31,919 nt of DNA from a virus (IMGVR_UViG_3300014202_001552:1-31919); one strand, 5' to 3'. Counted from the first letter of the stretch, positions 16,156 through 25,428 are shown. Made by a program: numbers and translations. Notes: generated by a model from the letters alone, not told the origin.

Positions 16156-16413
16156 ATGAATTCAAAATATAAGTACATCCATTTCGCAGAGGCAGCCGGT
16201 GAGAATAAAATAGTTAATAATAAACCTGCTTATGAATGCCGGAACAATAAAACAAATGATGTGCTTGCTATAATATTTTGGCATAAGCCCTGGAAGGAAT
16301 ATTGTTTCACCCAATTTAAGCAAAGCGTGATTTTCAATAAAAGCTGTTTGAATGATGTTCAAAATTTTATCGAACAATTAAACCCAATAAAAAATGAAAA
16401 GAGAAAAAATTAA
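16156..16413 (+). CDS. Hypothetical phage protein
   Basis: 85 aa; IFWHKPWKEYCF...FNKSCLNDVQNFI. Confidence 0.65.
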   Translation: MNSKYKYIHFAEAAGENKIVNNKPAYECRNNKTNDVLAIIFWHKPWKEYCFTQFKQSVIFNKSCLNDVQNFIEQLNPIKNEKRKN

Positions 16414-16675
16414 TTTTAAGTATATCGCCTTTATGCTGGCAGTAACTTTTGTTACAGTAGTTTCAGTTTATGGTATTCCGGTAAGCGATGCAAACCCTGC
16501 AGTATCGTTAACTGAAATCCACACAGAGATAACTGATATTGAAGATATGATGCAAATCATTCTTGAAAATTGGGACGCTCACCCTGAAGAGACTAATTTA
16601 AAGGACATGAAAACAGAAGTGAATAGGTTAATGAAGGCTAATTATAAACTTGGAAAGTTGATAGATAAAAAATGA
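16394..16675 (+). CDS. Hypothetical membrane/exported protein
   Basis: N-terminal hydrophobic segment then helical region. Confidence 0.55.
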   Translation: MKREKINFKYIAFMLAVTFVTVVSVYGIPVSDANPAVSLTEIHTEITDIEDMMQIILENWDAHPEETNLKDMKTEVNRLMKANYKLGKLIDKK

Positions 16676-16953
16676 ATTTTATAAATCCTGATTCTTTTGA
16701 AGAAAGGGTATCTCAACCTAAACAACATTATGTTATGCATGTGGTTAAAGACATGGACACTTCTTTAATACAAAGATGTGAGTTATGCGGCGAAATCATA
16801 TCTGACTATCGCTTTTCCCTACAGCCGGTTGGGCAAGAACCACCTGAAGGATTTCCTGCAGGAAATGTTTTTTTATCAAAAGGTAATCCACAATTCTTAA
16901 CTGTAATATTATCTCCGGAAGATACCTTTGAAAGCTGTACTCAACCAGTTTAA
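16672..16953 (+). CDS. Hypothetical protein with possible Zn site
   Basis: H...RCELCG...C; coupled to upstream stop. Confidence 0.55.
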   Translation: MNFINPDSFEERVSQPKQHYVMHVVKDMDTSLIQRCELCGEIISDYRFSLQPVGQEPPEGFPAGNVFLSKGNPQFLTVILSPEDTFESCTQPV

Positions 16954-16983
16954 ATTTGGTAACTATATATCAGTTGGGACAAA

Positions 16984-17373
16984 ATGAATAAAGACTTAGT
17001 AATATCATTAGATTTAGCAAAAAACATCAAAACCTTTGGGGTTAAACAAAAGAGCTTGTTTTATTACTCAAGGGATTTACAAATTCTTTCATATCGTAGT
17101 GCCGATATTGATAGGTATTACGATTATGATAAACATAGTTCTGCTTTTACGGCGGGTGAATTAGCAATAATACTGCCTGAAATGATACGATATGATAATT
17201 TGGATTTATGGCTTAGAATGACAAAATATCCCGATAGCTATGATATTGCTTATGGATTTTATAATGAGTGCAGATTAACTGTTCAGCATCCAGAATTTGC
17301 AGAAGCATTAGGATTAATGTTAATACAGTTACTTGAAAAGGGCTATGATTTAGAAGCAAGGACATTTGAATAA
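16984..17373 (+). CDS. Hypothetical phage protein (apparent paralog of 20979..21344)
   Basis: SLDLAKNIKTFGVKQ...SAFTAGELAIILP...AEALGLMLIQLLEKG. Confidence 0.65.
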   Translation: MNKDLVISLDLAKNIKTFGVKQKSLFYYSRDLQILSYRSADIDRYYDYDKHSSAFTAGELAIILPEMIRYDNLDLWLRMTKYPDSYDIAYGFYNECRLTVQHPEFAEALGLMLIQLLEKGYDLEARTFE

Positions 17374-17418
17374 TTCTATGTCCCAACAGGGTATATAGTT
17401 ACCTAAAGAAATTAAAAA

Positions 17419-17646
17419 ATGCACAACAAAGTTAACACTTTCTACGATCACGAGCTCCAGCACCTCATAGATCTCTCCGGTCTGCAGGATAAGCGTATTG
17501 CAGAAGATAATGGGATCACCTGCACATACCTTTCAAGGATCAAGACAGGTGACCGCCTGGCAGAATCAACCAGATCTGCGATCAAGCAATGGCTTATCAA
17601 TTACATAAAAAATTATATTGAATTTAAGTTTAAACTCGCAGCCTAA
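17419..17646 (+). CDS. Small XRE-type HTH protein
   Basis: SGLQDKRIAEDNGITCTYLSRIKTG. Confidence 0.7.
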   Translation: MHNKVNTFYDHELQHLIDLSGLQDKRIAEDNGITCTYLSRIKTGDRLAESTRSAIKQWLINYIKNYIEFKFKLAA

Positions 17647-17647
17647 C

Positions 17648-17875
17648 ATGGAAAAATTTATAATACTTTTAAAGTATGCTCACAGTAATGACTGGTTCAT
17701 TGGTTCAGATTATGATGCTGATGGCAAAGATCTTGGTACCTGCTTTTACGATACCGAAGGACTCGCAGAAAAATCAGCAAAAGAAATTGTCGGGTTCGAT
17801 ACTGAATCAAACGGCATGCCACAGCGTGGGGTCAATTATCAGATAGTACCTGTTACAGTAACACAAAAATCATGA
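17648..17875 (+). CDS. Hypothetical protein
   Basis: ATG 1 nt after upstream stop; ATGA-coupled to next gene. Confidence 0.55.
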   Translation: MEKFIILLKYAHSNDWFIGSDYDADGKDLGTCFYDTEGLAEKSAKEIVGFDTESNGMPQRGVNYQIVPVTVTQKS

Positions 17876-18111
17876 TAGATAATTCAAAAAAATATACACC
17901 TGTTTTAAAGCATGAATCTATCCAGATTATCATGCCTTATGAATTATTCAAAGTCTCTGATGCGAACAATGGCGATGTACTCTGGTATGAAGTAACATTC
18001 AGCAAACCATCAACGCTTGATGAAGCAGTGCGCCGTCCATTCCCATCAGAAGAGATCGCAAAGGATTACATCATTGGTGAATTAACACACAGGGAGAGCA
18101 TTCATAAGTAA
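17872..18111 (+). CDS. Hypothetical protein
   Basis: Coupled ORF preceding transposase. Confidence 0.55.
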   Translation: MIDNSKKYTPVLKHESIQIIMPYELFKVSDANNGDVLWYEVTFSKPSTLDEAVRRPFPSEEIAKDYIIGELTHRESIHK

Positions 18112-18125
18112 ACACTTACGATTCT

Positions 18126-20051
18126 ATGAACAATAATCTAAAATACATGCAGGATAATTTTGATAAACAAGAAACCACAACCGATAAACTTGCTCCGGTA
18201 ACTGGCGTAAGCGCAGAAGTATTAACACTGCAGGCTTTTATAATGGAGTGTATTGAGAAGAATCTAAAAGGCAAGGCTATTGAAAAGCTTGCCACAGAGC
18301 AGGGCCTGAAATATACGTATGTTTCACTTCTTAATAAGATCACTGCATATAAATCTGATGGCATCAACGCGCTGATGCGCAAAGAACGGAAAGATAAAAA
18401 TGAATCAAAGTCATTTTCAAATTCAGTTCTTATGACAATGCAGGGGTTCTTTGGAAAATGTCAATGTATAATTACCTCTTACAAAAAAACTCATGATGCG
18501 TTAATGGAAAATTCTCTAAAGTTCCTGCACAAAGGAACGATTCCTTATGACATAAAAAACAATGGACAGGGGAAATATGTATTAACCCTATCAGACTCAA
18601 ATGTTCATGCGATATTCCCGACTATCTATGAAAATGGAGCATACATAACAACAGAAGGTGAAGAACTTTTAATGGGCAGTTATGCTACAGCAAAAAAATA
18701 CTTCACGTCAATAAAGAAAAACAATGGCGATCTTTTATTTAAAAATAGACATGGCCTTGAAAATTACAGATTAAAACGCCAACGAGCTATGAAACTTGAC
18801 TATTCACGCCTGTTGCCAAATGATCTAATAAGTATGGATGCAAAGCAGTGTGATACCGTTGTTATTTCCGAATGCGGACGGTACATTTTCAGGCCCTGGC
18901 TTAGCGGCGGAATGGACGCATCAACAAGAAGGTATCATTTTGAACTTTGCAGAACCCCAAACAGTGATGCTATTGCAAATGCAATCTGTTCAATAACGCG
19001 GATTTGGGGAGTACCAAAAGAGGTCAACTTTGATCGTGGCAGAGATTATACATCGCACAGGGTGCAGCAGTTATTGGATGTACTGAAATGTAAAAAGCGT
19101 AAGTCAATCCGCAAGCTGGCGCGAAGCAAGATGATAGAAAGCTTTCACAATATTCTGGATCACCTGTTGAAATCATTGCCCGGCTACACCGGAAACAATC
19201 GTGATGAGATGCCGCAGGAAACCCGTGATATGCTTCGCAAATATACAACTGCAAATAAAGAGATCAAGAAACATGAGAAGATGCTCAAGGATGGAATGGA
19301 GTTTTATGTTTCGCTTAATGCAAACCCCGAAGGCAGGCTGCGCTCATCCAAAAAAAGATTTTTGTTTATAGATGAATTTATTACACAGCTTAACAAAGCA
19401 CTCGACCATTACCATGAGCGGGTTCATGGTGGCTTAAAAACCGATGAGCTTGGTAAAAAAGTATATGATCGTCTCTGTAATGATGAGCTTATAAATAAAT
19501 ACGGCGAAAGATTAAATACTCCAAATGGCCGGTATGAGTATCATATTGAAAAAGGATTACAAATTGTTTATACCGAGCCCGCAGCAATCGCCATGTTTGC
19601 CATGAATTCCGAGATCCGCATCGTGCAGTATAAAAAAGGCATTGAATTCAGGGGCGAGGAGTTCTGGGATTCAAAACTTAAGACTCTTATCGGGCAGCAG
19701 GTTCTGCTGCGCTATACCAATACAAGCACAAGCGAGCTTTATGTGTTTCACTCTGATGCGCTCCAGGGAGTTGATGGCAGGAAGAACCTTACGCCCGAAA
19801 TACTTTCCGGTTTGAAATATGTGTGCCTTGCCAGTAAATGGGAAAAGATCCATTACAATGATGAGATATATAAAGCCAAGATCGCTGACCAGCGCAGGGA
19901 AGAAAAGCATATTAATAAAACCCTGGGAATCGGTAAAATATACCAGATCAACGGAATGGAAAGCGAAATGGAAAAGATAATCAATGATGAAAATGAACTT
20001 AACGCTGAAAAGAATCCGGTAAATAAATATAAGGATGTAGATCTTTATTAA
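18126..20051 (+). CDS. Mu-like DDE transposase (MuA homolog)
   Basis: ISMDAK, NFDRGRDY, SKMIESFH triad; SLPGYTG; YHERVHGGL; C-terminal KKGIEFRGEEFW...IGQQVLLRY. Confidence 0.92.
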   Translation: MNNNLKYMQDNFDKQETTTDKLAPVTGVSAEVLTLQAFIMECIEKNLKGKAIEKLATEQGLKYTYVSLLNKITAYKSDGINALMRKERKDKNESKSFSNSVLMTMQGFFGKCQCIITSYKKTHDALMENSLKFLHKGTIPYDIKNNGQGKYVLTLSDSNVHAIFPTIYENGAYITTEGEELLMGSYATAKKYFTSIKKNNGDLLFKNRHGLENYRLKRQRAMKLDYSRLLPNDLISMDAKQCDTVVISECGRYIFRPWLSGGMDASTRRYHFELCRTPNSDAIANAICSITRIWGVPKEVNFDRGRDYTSHRVQQLLDVLKCKKRKSIRKLARSKMIESFHNILDHLLKSLPGYTGNNRDEMPQETRDMLRKYTTANKEIKKHEKMLKDGMEFYVSLNANPEGRLRSSKKRFLFIDEFITQLNKALDHYHERVHGGLKTDELGKKVYDRLCNDELINKYGERLNTPNGRYEYHIEKGLQIVYTEPAAIAMFAMNSEIRIVQYKKGIEFRGEEFWDSKLKTLIGQQVLLRYTNTSTSELYVFHSDALQGVDGRKNLTPEILSGLKYVCLASKWEKIHYNDEIYKAKIADQRREEKHINKTLGIGKIYQINGMESEMEKIINDENELNAEKNPVNKYKDVDLY

Positions 20052-20064
20052 AATATAACCAACT

Positions 20065-20952
20065 ATGAAAGAAATTCTAAAACAATTAAACGACCTTCAA
20101 GCCAAGTATGATTTTTCAGACGAACAGCTTGTATCCAAGATCGGTATTTCTCAGGATGAGCTTGACGCACTGCAGAAAAATAAACCGATTGATCCCATTA
20201 AGCTGCAGATAGTTACCCGCTTTATAGAAAAGCTTGAGCAGAATATATACCCTACAAAATTGCTTGAGAAGATGGAAACCCTCCTGCAATTAACTTTCGA
20301 TGAGCAAACTATATCGGTTATAGGCGCGGTATCCGGAGCAGGGAAAACCCTGGCATCAGAGCGATTCGCAATTGAGAATCCATTTGCCATTTACCTGTAT
20401 GTGCCAGAGATCATTTCGGTACGGTACTTACTTACTACGCTTTGTATAAAGCTCGGACTCCCAAGTATGGGGCTTTCGATCCCACAGATGTTTGAGCAGA
20501 TCAGCAATAATATGCTGCAGGAAAAAAGGCTTTTAATATTCGATGAATCGGACAGGCTTAACAGAAAAATGTTTGAAATACTTCGCGACATCTGGCACGA
20601 TGGTAAAGGTAACCTGGGGATTGCATTTGTGGGTGATGAAAACCTTATGAATAAAATAAAGAGGCCCAGCGATCTTAGAGAAAACCTGATTCGCTTAATG
20701 CGCCGCGTAAAATACACTGAAATACTCCAGCCGCTTCATGCTGATGATGTAAAGATGGTATTTAAACAGCATTTCGGAAAACACAAGATCACCGAAAAAA
20801 TGATAGAGCAGGTATTTGCAAAATACGGCAAGCTGGGAGGCCTTGGATCTATTTTGAATTTGGCTGATAAAGTATTGAAGCTCTCGAACCGTTCAGGCGA
20901 CCAGCCTAATAATGAGATGTGCGAAGAAGCCATGAAAAGATTAAAGCTTTAA
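20065..20952 (+). CDS. MuB-like AAA+ transposition ATPase with N-terminal HTH
   Basis: GAVSGAGKT Walker A, LLIFDESDRL Walker B, LRDIWHD, AFVG; directly after transposase. Confidence 0.9.
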   Translation: MKEILKQLNDLQAKYDFSDEQLVSKIGISQDELDALQKNKPIDPIKLQIVTRFIEKLEQNIYPTKLLEKMETLLQLTFDEQTISVIGAVSGAGKTLASERFAIENPFAIYLYVPEIISVRYLLTTLCIKLGLPSMGLSIPQMFEQISNNMLQEKRLLIFDESDRLNRKMFEILRDIWHDGKGNLGIAFVGDENLMNKIKRPSDLRENLIRLMRRVKYTEILQPLHADDVKMVFKQHFGKHKITEKMIEQVFAKYGKLGGLGSILNLADKVLKLSNRSGDQPNNEMCEEAMKRLKL

Positions 20953-20978
20953 TTTATAAACAAAGGGGGTTACAGAAA

Positions 20979-21344
20979 TTGCATATTAACAACAAACTTC
21001 ACAGCGTCTATCTTGATTTCGCATCCTGCTTTATGCTGAAAAAAATAGGCTTCCGCCAGGATCTTGCACCGGCTTACTGGTTTAACAATGACAAACAGGT
21101 TTATCCTGCAGACCGTATTGCGAAATTCAAAGGCTGGGAAAAAAGCTACACTGCCGCAATAGCCGGTGATGCATTGAATATTTTCCTGCCGGTGGGGGCT
21201 ACCGTTACAAAAACATTAAAGAACCTCTATGAAGCTGCAGTAAAAATTGAAGATAAGGCATTCAAAGCATCGGCAATAAACGAATCACAGGCTAAAGCTG
21301 AATTGATTAAAATTCTTGTAAATAAAAATATTATAACATTATGA
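20979..21344 (+). CDS. Hypothetical phage protein (apparent paralog of 16984..17373)
   Basis: TTG start after GGGGGT (track start 20919); MLKKIGFRQ...W...FLP...ESQAKAELIKILV. Confidence 0.6.
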   Translation: MHINNKLHSVYLDFASCFMLKKIGFRQDLAPAYWFNNDKQVYPADRIAKFKGWEKSYTAAIAGDALNIFLPVGATVTKTLKNLYEAAVKIEDKAFKASAINESQAKAELIKILVNKNIITL

Positions 21345-21601
21345 AAAGGGCAAGAAGAATTAAACATAAACTATTTGCTGTAATTAACGTGTTGCTTTCA
21401 GATGAGTTTTTTGTGAGCACTTACGATCACAAGTATGGCGCAAATTATGACCATGAGCTCAGGTCTTCATTTCCTATAGGCTATGGCCTGCAAACAGATA
21501 TAAATTCCGCAGTCCTTCCCTGGCTGGCTGATCACCATGATAAAAAACAGTTACGGGCCAACGCAGAGCTAATCGGAAAAATTAATAAAGGCGAACTATG
21601 A
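21341..21601 (+). CDS. Hypothetical protein
   Basis: ATGA-coupled ORF. Confidence 0.55.
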   Translation: MKRARRIKHKLFAVINVLLSDEFFVSTYDHKYGANYDHELRSSFPIGYGLQTDINSAVLPWLADHHDKKQLRANAELIGKINKGEL

Positions 21602-21918
21602 ACGGAATCCCAGAGGACAGGTGCATTACCGAGACACAACTTAAGAAGGATATTAAAAATTTACCTGCAAACTTTAACCCGGGTAAATCAGAAATACTAT
21701 CCCTTATAGCGAAGAAGCATCGGTTTTTTTATATCCCTTCTGATTTCTGCATAAAGCGGTTCACATCCAAAGGCAGGGCAGTACGGAAAAATCAAAATAC
21801 AAGCGCATTCGTTCAGAAGAACGTCGCCCTGGTTGATGGTATCGCTGAACTTAAAAAATTCAATTCCGCAAACAAAAAACATTCTGCCCGCAGAGCGAAG
21901 GAGTCTAATGCAGCCTAA
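21598..21918 (+). CDS. Hypothetical basic protein
   Basis: ATGA-coupled ORF. Confidence 0.55.
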   Translation: MNGIPEDRCITETQLKKDIKNLPANFNPGKSEILSLIAKKHRFFYIPSDFCIKRFTSKGRAVRKNQNTSAFVQKNVALVDGIAELKKFNSANKKHSARRAKESNAA

Positions 21919-22171
21919 AAAATACAATGAAGAATATTTTCGCAGCATTAAAGATCAGGCTAAAAGGCGTTATGCGCAGTGGCTCATACAATTCGCTGGC
22001 TATGGTTATTCAATATTCGATGGCATGAACAATGCATTATTGCGCGCAGATGATAACGCTATGCAGGAATATGAAGCCGCTTACCCGGCAGAATCCGAAT
22101 GGTTCAATAAACACCTGGCGAAAGATCCGGAAGCTGTAGAAATTCAAAACAATTTATTCAACTGGCTATAA
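21908..22171 (+). CDS. Hypothetical protein
   Basis: ATG after AAGGAG (track start 21833). Confidence 0.6.
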   Translation: MQPKKYNEEYFRSIKDQAKRRYAQWLIQFAGYGYSIFDGMNNALLRADDNAMQEYEAAYPAESEWFNKHLAKDPEAVEIQNNLFNWL

Positions 22172-22431
22172 TGCAGGCAGAACTAAGCTTTGTAAATAAT
22201 ATCGATAACTCACGCTCTCTTAATGAGATCAGGAAAAGGCTTGAAAGCTTAAGGCTTGTGCGTAGTTTCTCGAACATCTTCACAGGCAAGTTTACATCGG
22301 GCAGGCTTTTATATACATCAAAAATGACATGCTGCCACAAAGAGTTTGACGCAGTAACCGAAACAGAGTACAAATGCAGGGTTGAAGGCTGCACCGGCAT
22401 AATAACCGAAAACCAAATCATAAACCAATAG
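22171..22431 (+). CDS. Hypothetical protein with Zn-ribbon-like Cys pairs
   Basis: TCC...CRVEGC; TAATG overlap. Confidence 0.55.
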   Translation: MQAELSFVNNIDNSRSLNEIRKRLESLRLVRSFSNIFTGKFTSGRLLYTSKMTCCHKEFDAVTETEYKCRVEGCTGIITENQIINQ

Positions 22432-22445
22432 AAGGGAATTACATA

Positions 22446-23156
22446 ATGAAAATCACTACAGAGCTTTTAAGAGAAAAGGATGCCTGCAAACCCGGTTTAA
22501 CATGGGTTACCTCAAGAGGTTTGATAGGATTGGAAGCAAAAGAGTTCGCACAAAAGTTATTCGATGCAAAAAAGTACGAGTGGATGAACTGGTTATTTAC
22601 GAAAATATTCACAAAGGAACAGTTGAAAAAGTATATCTGCTATGCTTATGATTTATGGATAGAGTATGTTACCGAAAAGTATCCGCACGATGAACAGTCC
22701 AAGCCTCTACTTGAATCCATGAAAGCCCTCGTCATTAATCCTTCGGAAAAAAATTATAAAATTTTTAACGAGTTGAGAAGTAGTTATCGGGCTGATCGGG
22801 CTTATCGGGCTGATCTGGCTTATCGGGCTGATCTGGCTTATCTGGCTTATCTGGCTTATCGGGCTGATCTGGCTTATCTGGCTTATCTGGCTTATCGGGC
22901 TTATCTGGCTTATCTGGCTTATCGGGCTTATCTGGCTGATCGGGCTTATCGGGCTGATCGGGCTTATCGGGCTTATCTGGCTTATCTGGCTTATCGGGCT
23001 GATCGGGCTTATCGGGCTTATCGGGCTGATCGGGCTTATCGGGCTTATCTGGCTTATCTGGCTTATCGGGCTGATCGGGCTTATCGGGCTTATCTGGCTT
23101 ATCGGGCAAAAATGCAAAAGAAAATGGTAGAGTACGGTATATCGCTTTTGGAGTGA
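22446..23156 (+). CDS. Phage protein with internal A-[Y/D]-[R/L] tripeptide array
   Basis: DACKPGLTW...WMNWL...KYPHD N-domain, 35 tripeptides, KMVEYGISLLE end. Confidence 0.75.
   Translation: MKITTELLREKDACKPGLTWVTSRGLIGLEAKEFAQKLFDAKKYEWMNWLFTKIFTKEQLKKYICYAYDLWIEYVTEKYPHDEQSKPLLESMKALVINPSEKNYKIFNELRSSYRADRAYRADLAYRADLAYLAYLAYRADLAYLAYLAYRAYLAYLAYRAYLADRAYRADRAYRAYLAYLAYRADRAYRAYRADRAYRAYLAYLAYRADRAYRAYLAYRAKMQKKMVEYGISLLE
22791..23105 (+). repeat. Coding minisatellite, 35 x 9 bp GCT-KAT-CKG
   Basis: Units counted: AYR 14, AYL 12, ADR 6, ADL 3. Confidence 0.97.
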
Positions 23157-23238
23157 TTTCTAAATATAATTTTTCGTTTCTATATCAATTTTCCGTTTGT
23201 AAAAATTTAACGTATCTAAAATAGAAAGGATTCAAATC

Positions 23239-23616
23239 ATGAGTAATGCAAACCATTTATTTCAAAACCCAGAGCCAGTTTATAAGCCTCTTCTCAGGCA
23301 GCCAGGCACAATAACAAGCTTCAAAATATTTGAAGAATCGCTGTCGGAATTAAAGTTCTGCAAGGCAAAACTTAAAGACCTCAAGGATAAAGAGGCCCGG
23401 GCAATGGAACTTGCACGTGAGCCCTTTGCAGATGAAATAACCCTGCTGCAGAAGCAGGCTGCGGATCTATCCGGCAATATTGAACTTTATGCCCTTGCCA
23501 ATACCGATGAAAATACAAAGGAATTAATCAACCACATTTCAGGGGTTGAGATTGAAGAAATCCACAAAGTAAAAATTAAATTCTTAAAAGGAGACAAGAA
23601 AAATGTTAAAGATTAA
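23239..23616 (+). CDS. Shortened Gam-like paralog
   Basis: ITSFKIFEESLSEL...IELYALAN aligns by eye with IKSFEELDTALLDL...IETFCMAN of the next gene. Confidence 0.55.
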   Translation: MSNANHLFQNPEPVYKPLLRQPGTITSFKIFEESLSELKFCKAKLKDLKDKEARAMELAREPFADEITLLQKQAADLSGNIELYALANTDENTKELINHISGVEIEEIHKVKIKFLKGDKKNVKD

Positions 23617-24118
23617 ATCATTTGAAGAATTAGACACAGCATTATTGGATTTGGGCAAAGCGCAGGCTGAGCTCGGTATTCAGGAAGCAGAAATGAATAA
23701 GGAGATCCAGCTTGTAACTGAAAGATACGCCGAGAGTACCGCTGAATATAGCGGAAACATCGCAACACTTGAAGATGCTATTGAAACCTTCTGCATGGCA
23801 AACAAATTCGAGTTTGATAAAACCCGCAGCAGAACACTTAATCATGGCTATGTGGGATTCAGAACAAATCCACCGAAAGTAATGCAGTTAAATAAAAAAT
23901 GGAAAGTGGAATCATCACTTGCTTTTTTGAAAAAACTATTTAAATCAAAATTCACCCGGACAAAATTAGAGATTGATAAAGAAGCTATCCTTGCAGAATA
24001 TGCAAGAGAAAGCTTAACCGATGAAGATCTTGCAGCAGTTGGCTTAAGGATTGACCAGGACGAGACATTCACAGTAGAGGCAAACTGGATAGAGATCAAA
24101 AAGACACAAGCAGCATGA
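23603..24118 (+). CDS. gam: Mu Gam family host-nuclease inhibitor
   Basis: KTRSRTLNHGYVGFRTNPPKV, RTKLEIDKEAIL, GLRIDQDETF. Confidence 0.92.
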   Translation: MLKIKSFEELDTALLDLGKAQAELGIQEAEMNKEIQLVTERYAESTAEYSGNIATLEDAIETFCMANKFEFDKTRSRTLNHGYVGFRTNPPKVMQLNKKWKVESSLAFLKKLFKSKFTRTKLEIDKEAILAEYARESLTDEDLAAVGLRIDQDETFTVEANWIEIKKTQAA

Positions 24119-24231
24119 TACAACTTGTAGAAAATAAAACTTGGCAGCTGATACCAAAGATTATCCAAACCATAATGATCTCCGTGTTATCAGCTGCTCT
24201 GGTATTGATGATAATTAATTACCCGGCATAA
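24115..24231 (+). CDS. 38-aa hydrophobic peptide (not in ORF track)
   Basis: MIQLVENKTWQLIPKIIQTIMISVLSAALVLMIINYPA; ATGA overlap with gam. Confidence 0.45.
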   Translation: MIQLVENKTWQLIPKIIQTIMISVLSAALVLMIINYPA

Positions 24232-24399
24232 ATGAAGCTCTCTGAAACAATATCAAAGCTATACGACGATCTCTCCAAGTGCGGTGAAAATGAACTTGTC
24301 GGGATAACATTCGCAGGCATCACCTGGAAGCTTGAAGCTAAATCATTAATGAAAATTTTAGTGCATGCAAACCAAAAGCTCGAATCCCAAAAAACGTAG
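24232..24399 (+). CDS. 55-aa hypothetical protein (not in ORF track)
   Basis: MKLSETISKLYDDLSKCGENELVGITF...; ATG abuts upstream TAA. Confidence 0.5.
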   Translation: MKLSETISKLYDDLSKCGENELVGITFAGITWKLEAKSLMKILVHANQKLESQKT

Positions 24400-24700
24400 G
24401 GCAAGAATCGGCTATTACAGCGAGGTCACACGCAATAATGCTTTTGGGTTATCGATGGATACACATCAGCCACAAAAACGCCGTGTGTATGCACTATTGA
24501 TTCACAGGGGTAAGCTGACGAGGCACCAGATCGCAGAAGCATTAAAGCTCCCGCTTCATGTTGTATGCGCCAGGGTAAACTCCTTAATGGAAGATGGGCT
24601 GGCAATTGATACCGAGGAAACAATTATAAATCCAAACACCAGCACACCAAACAACCTAGTAAAAGCGGTTGTAAAAGAACTTGAATTATTCGGAAAATAG
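24365..24700 (+). CDS. Winged-helix DNA-binding protein
   Basis: RVYALLIHRGKLTRHQIAEALKLPLHVVCARVNSLMEDGL. Confidence 0.75.
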   Translation: MQTKSSNPKKRRARIGYYSEVTRNNAFGLSMDTHQPQKRRVYALLIHRGKLTRHQIAEALKLPLHVVCARVNSLMEDGLAIDTEETIINPNTSTPNNLVKAVVKELELFGK

Positions 24701-24701
24701 A

Positions 24702-24941
24702 ATGTCTTACGATCCATCAGAAATAGTTCCTGCCAACCAGAAGGAAGTTACAAATTGGGATGTTTGTTACGCTTGTGGCAGTGATAAGATTTATAAATAT
24801 GACGGGCACGGCCCTATTTGTAAACGCTGCTGCAATGGGGGTCCGCCTCCAATTAAGGTCGAGCCGAAAACAGGTAGAAATGAATCATGCCCCTGTAAGT
24901 CAGGTAAAAAATATAAAAAATGTTGTTTAAATAAAATTTAA
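24702..24941 (+). CDS. Small Zn-finger protein with SEC-C motif
   Basis: CYAC...CKRC then KTGRNESCPCKSGKKYKKCC. Confidence 0.8.
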   Translation: MSYDPSEIVPANQKEVTNWDVCYACGSDKIYKYDGHGPICKRCCNGGPPPIKVEPKTGRNESCPCKSGKKYKKCCLNKI

Positions 24942-24945
24942 ACTA

Positions 24946-25428
24946 ATGGAATTATTTAAATCAAACTCCGGTGCTGATTTCAGCGAAGATAGAAAATGCA
25001 GATTTAAGCTCTGGCGTATATGGGATGATGCCCTGCCGAAGGTAATGTTTATCGGTTTGAATCCATCAACCGCAAATGAAACCGAATCCGACCCCACCAT
25101 CACAAGATGCATCAACTTTGCAAAATCTTGGGGTTATGGAGGAATGTATATGACAAATTTATTCGCTTATGTATCGACCGATCCCAAGCAGCTTGTAACT
25201 TCTGGTGAAGATCTACATAACAACAATCATGCATTGATTGAAGTCGCAATAGATTGTGACTTAATAATATTCTGCTGGGGCTGCTTTAAACAAGCGAAGC
25301 AAAGAGCAAAAGACATTATAGATTTATTCCCGCGTGGTCATTGCATAAGAATTACAAAATCCGGCAATCCTGAACATCCGCTTTACCTGCCCGGAAATTT
25401 GAAACCAATAAAATTTAACTCAAAATGA
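24946..25428 (+). CDS. DUF1643 family protein
   Basis: FIGLNPSTA...DPTITRCINFAKSWGYG...NLFA...WG...PEHPLY. Confidence 0.88.
   Translation: MELFKSNSGADFSEDRKCRFKLWRIWDDALPKVMFIGLNPSTANETESDPTITRCINFAKSWGYGGMYMTNLFAYVSTDPKQLVTSGEDLHNNNHALIEVAIDCDLIIFCWGCFKQAKQRAKDIIDLFPRGHCIRITKSGNPEHPLYLPGNLKPIKFNSK

Noticed and set aside
22791-23105. CRISPR array or DGR variable region
   Set aside because: No spacers, no reverse transcriptase or template repeat in the window, and variation is G/T rather than adenine-specific
22707-23117. Minus-strand ORFs of ISP/ISQ and PDK/PDQ repeats
   Set aside because: Stop-free shadows of the 9-bp array; the + frame has unique flanking domains and fits the operon
23168-23198. 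Direct repeat AATTTTYCGTTT x2 before the Gam-like genes
   Set aside because: Short, AT-rich and only two copies; cannot be distinguished from chance
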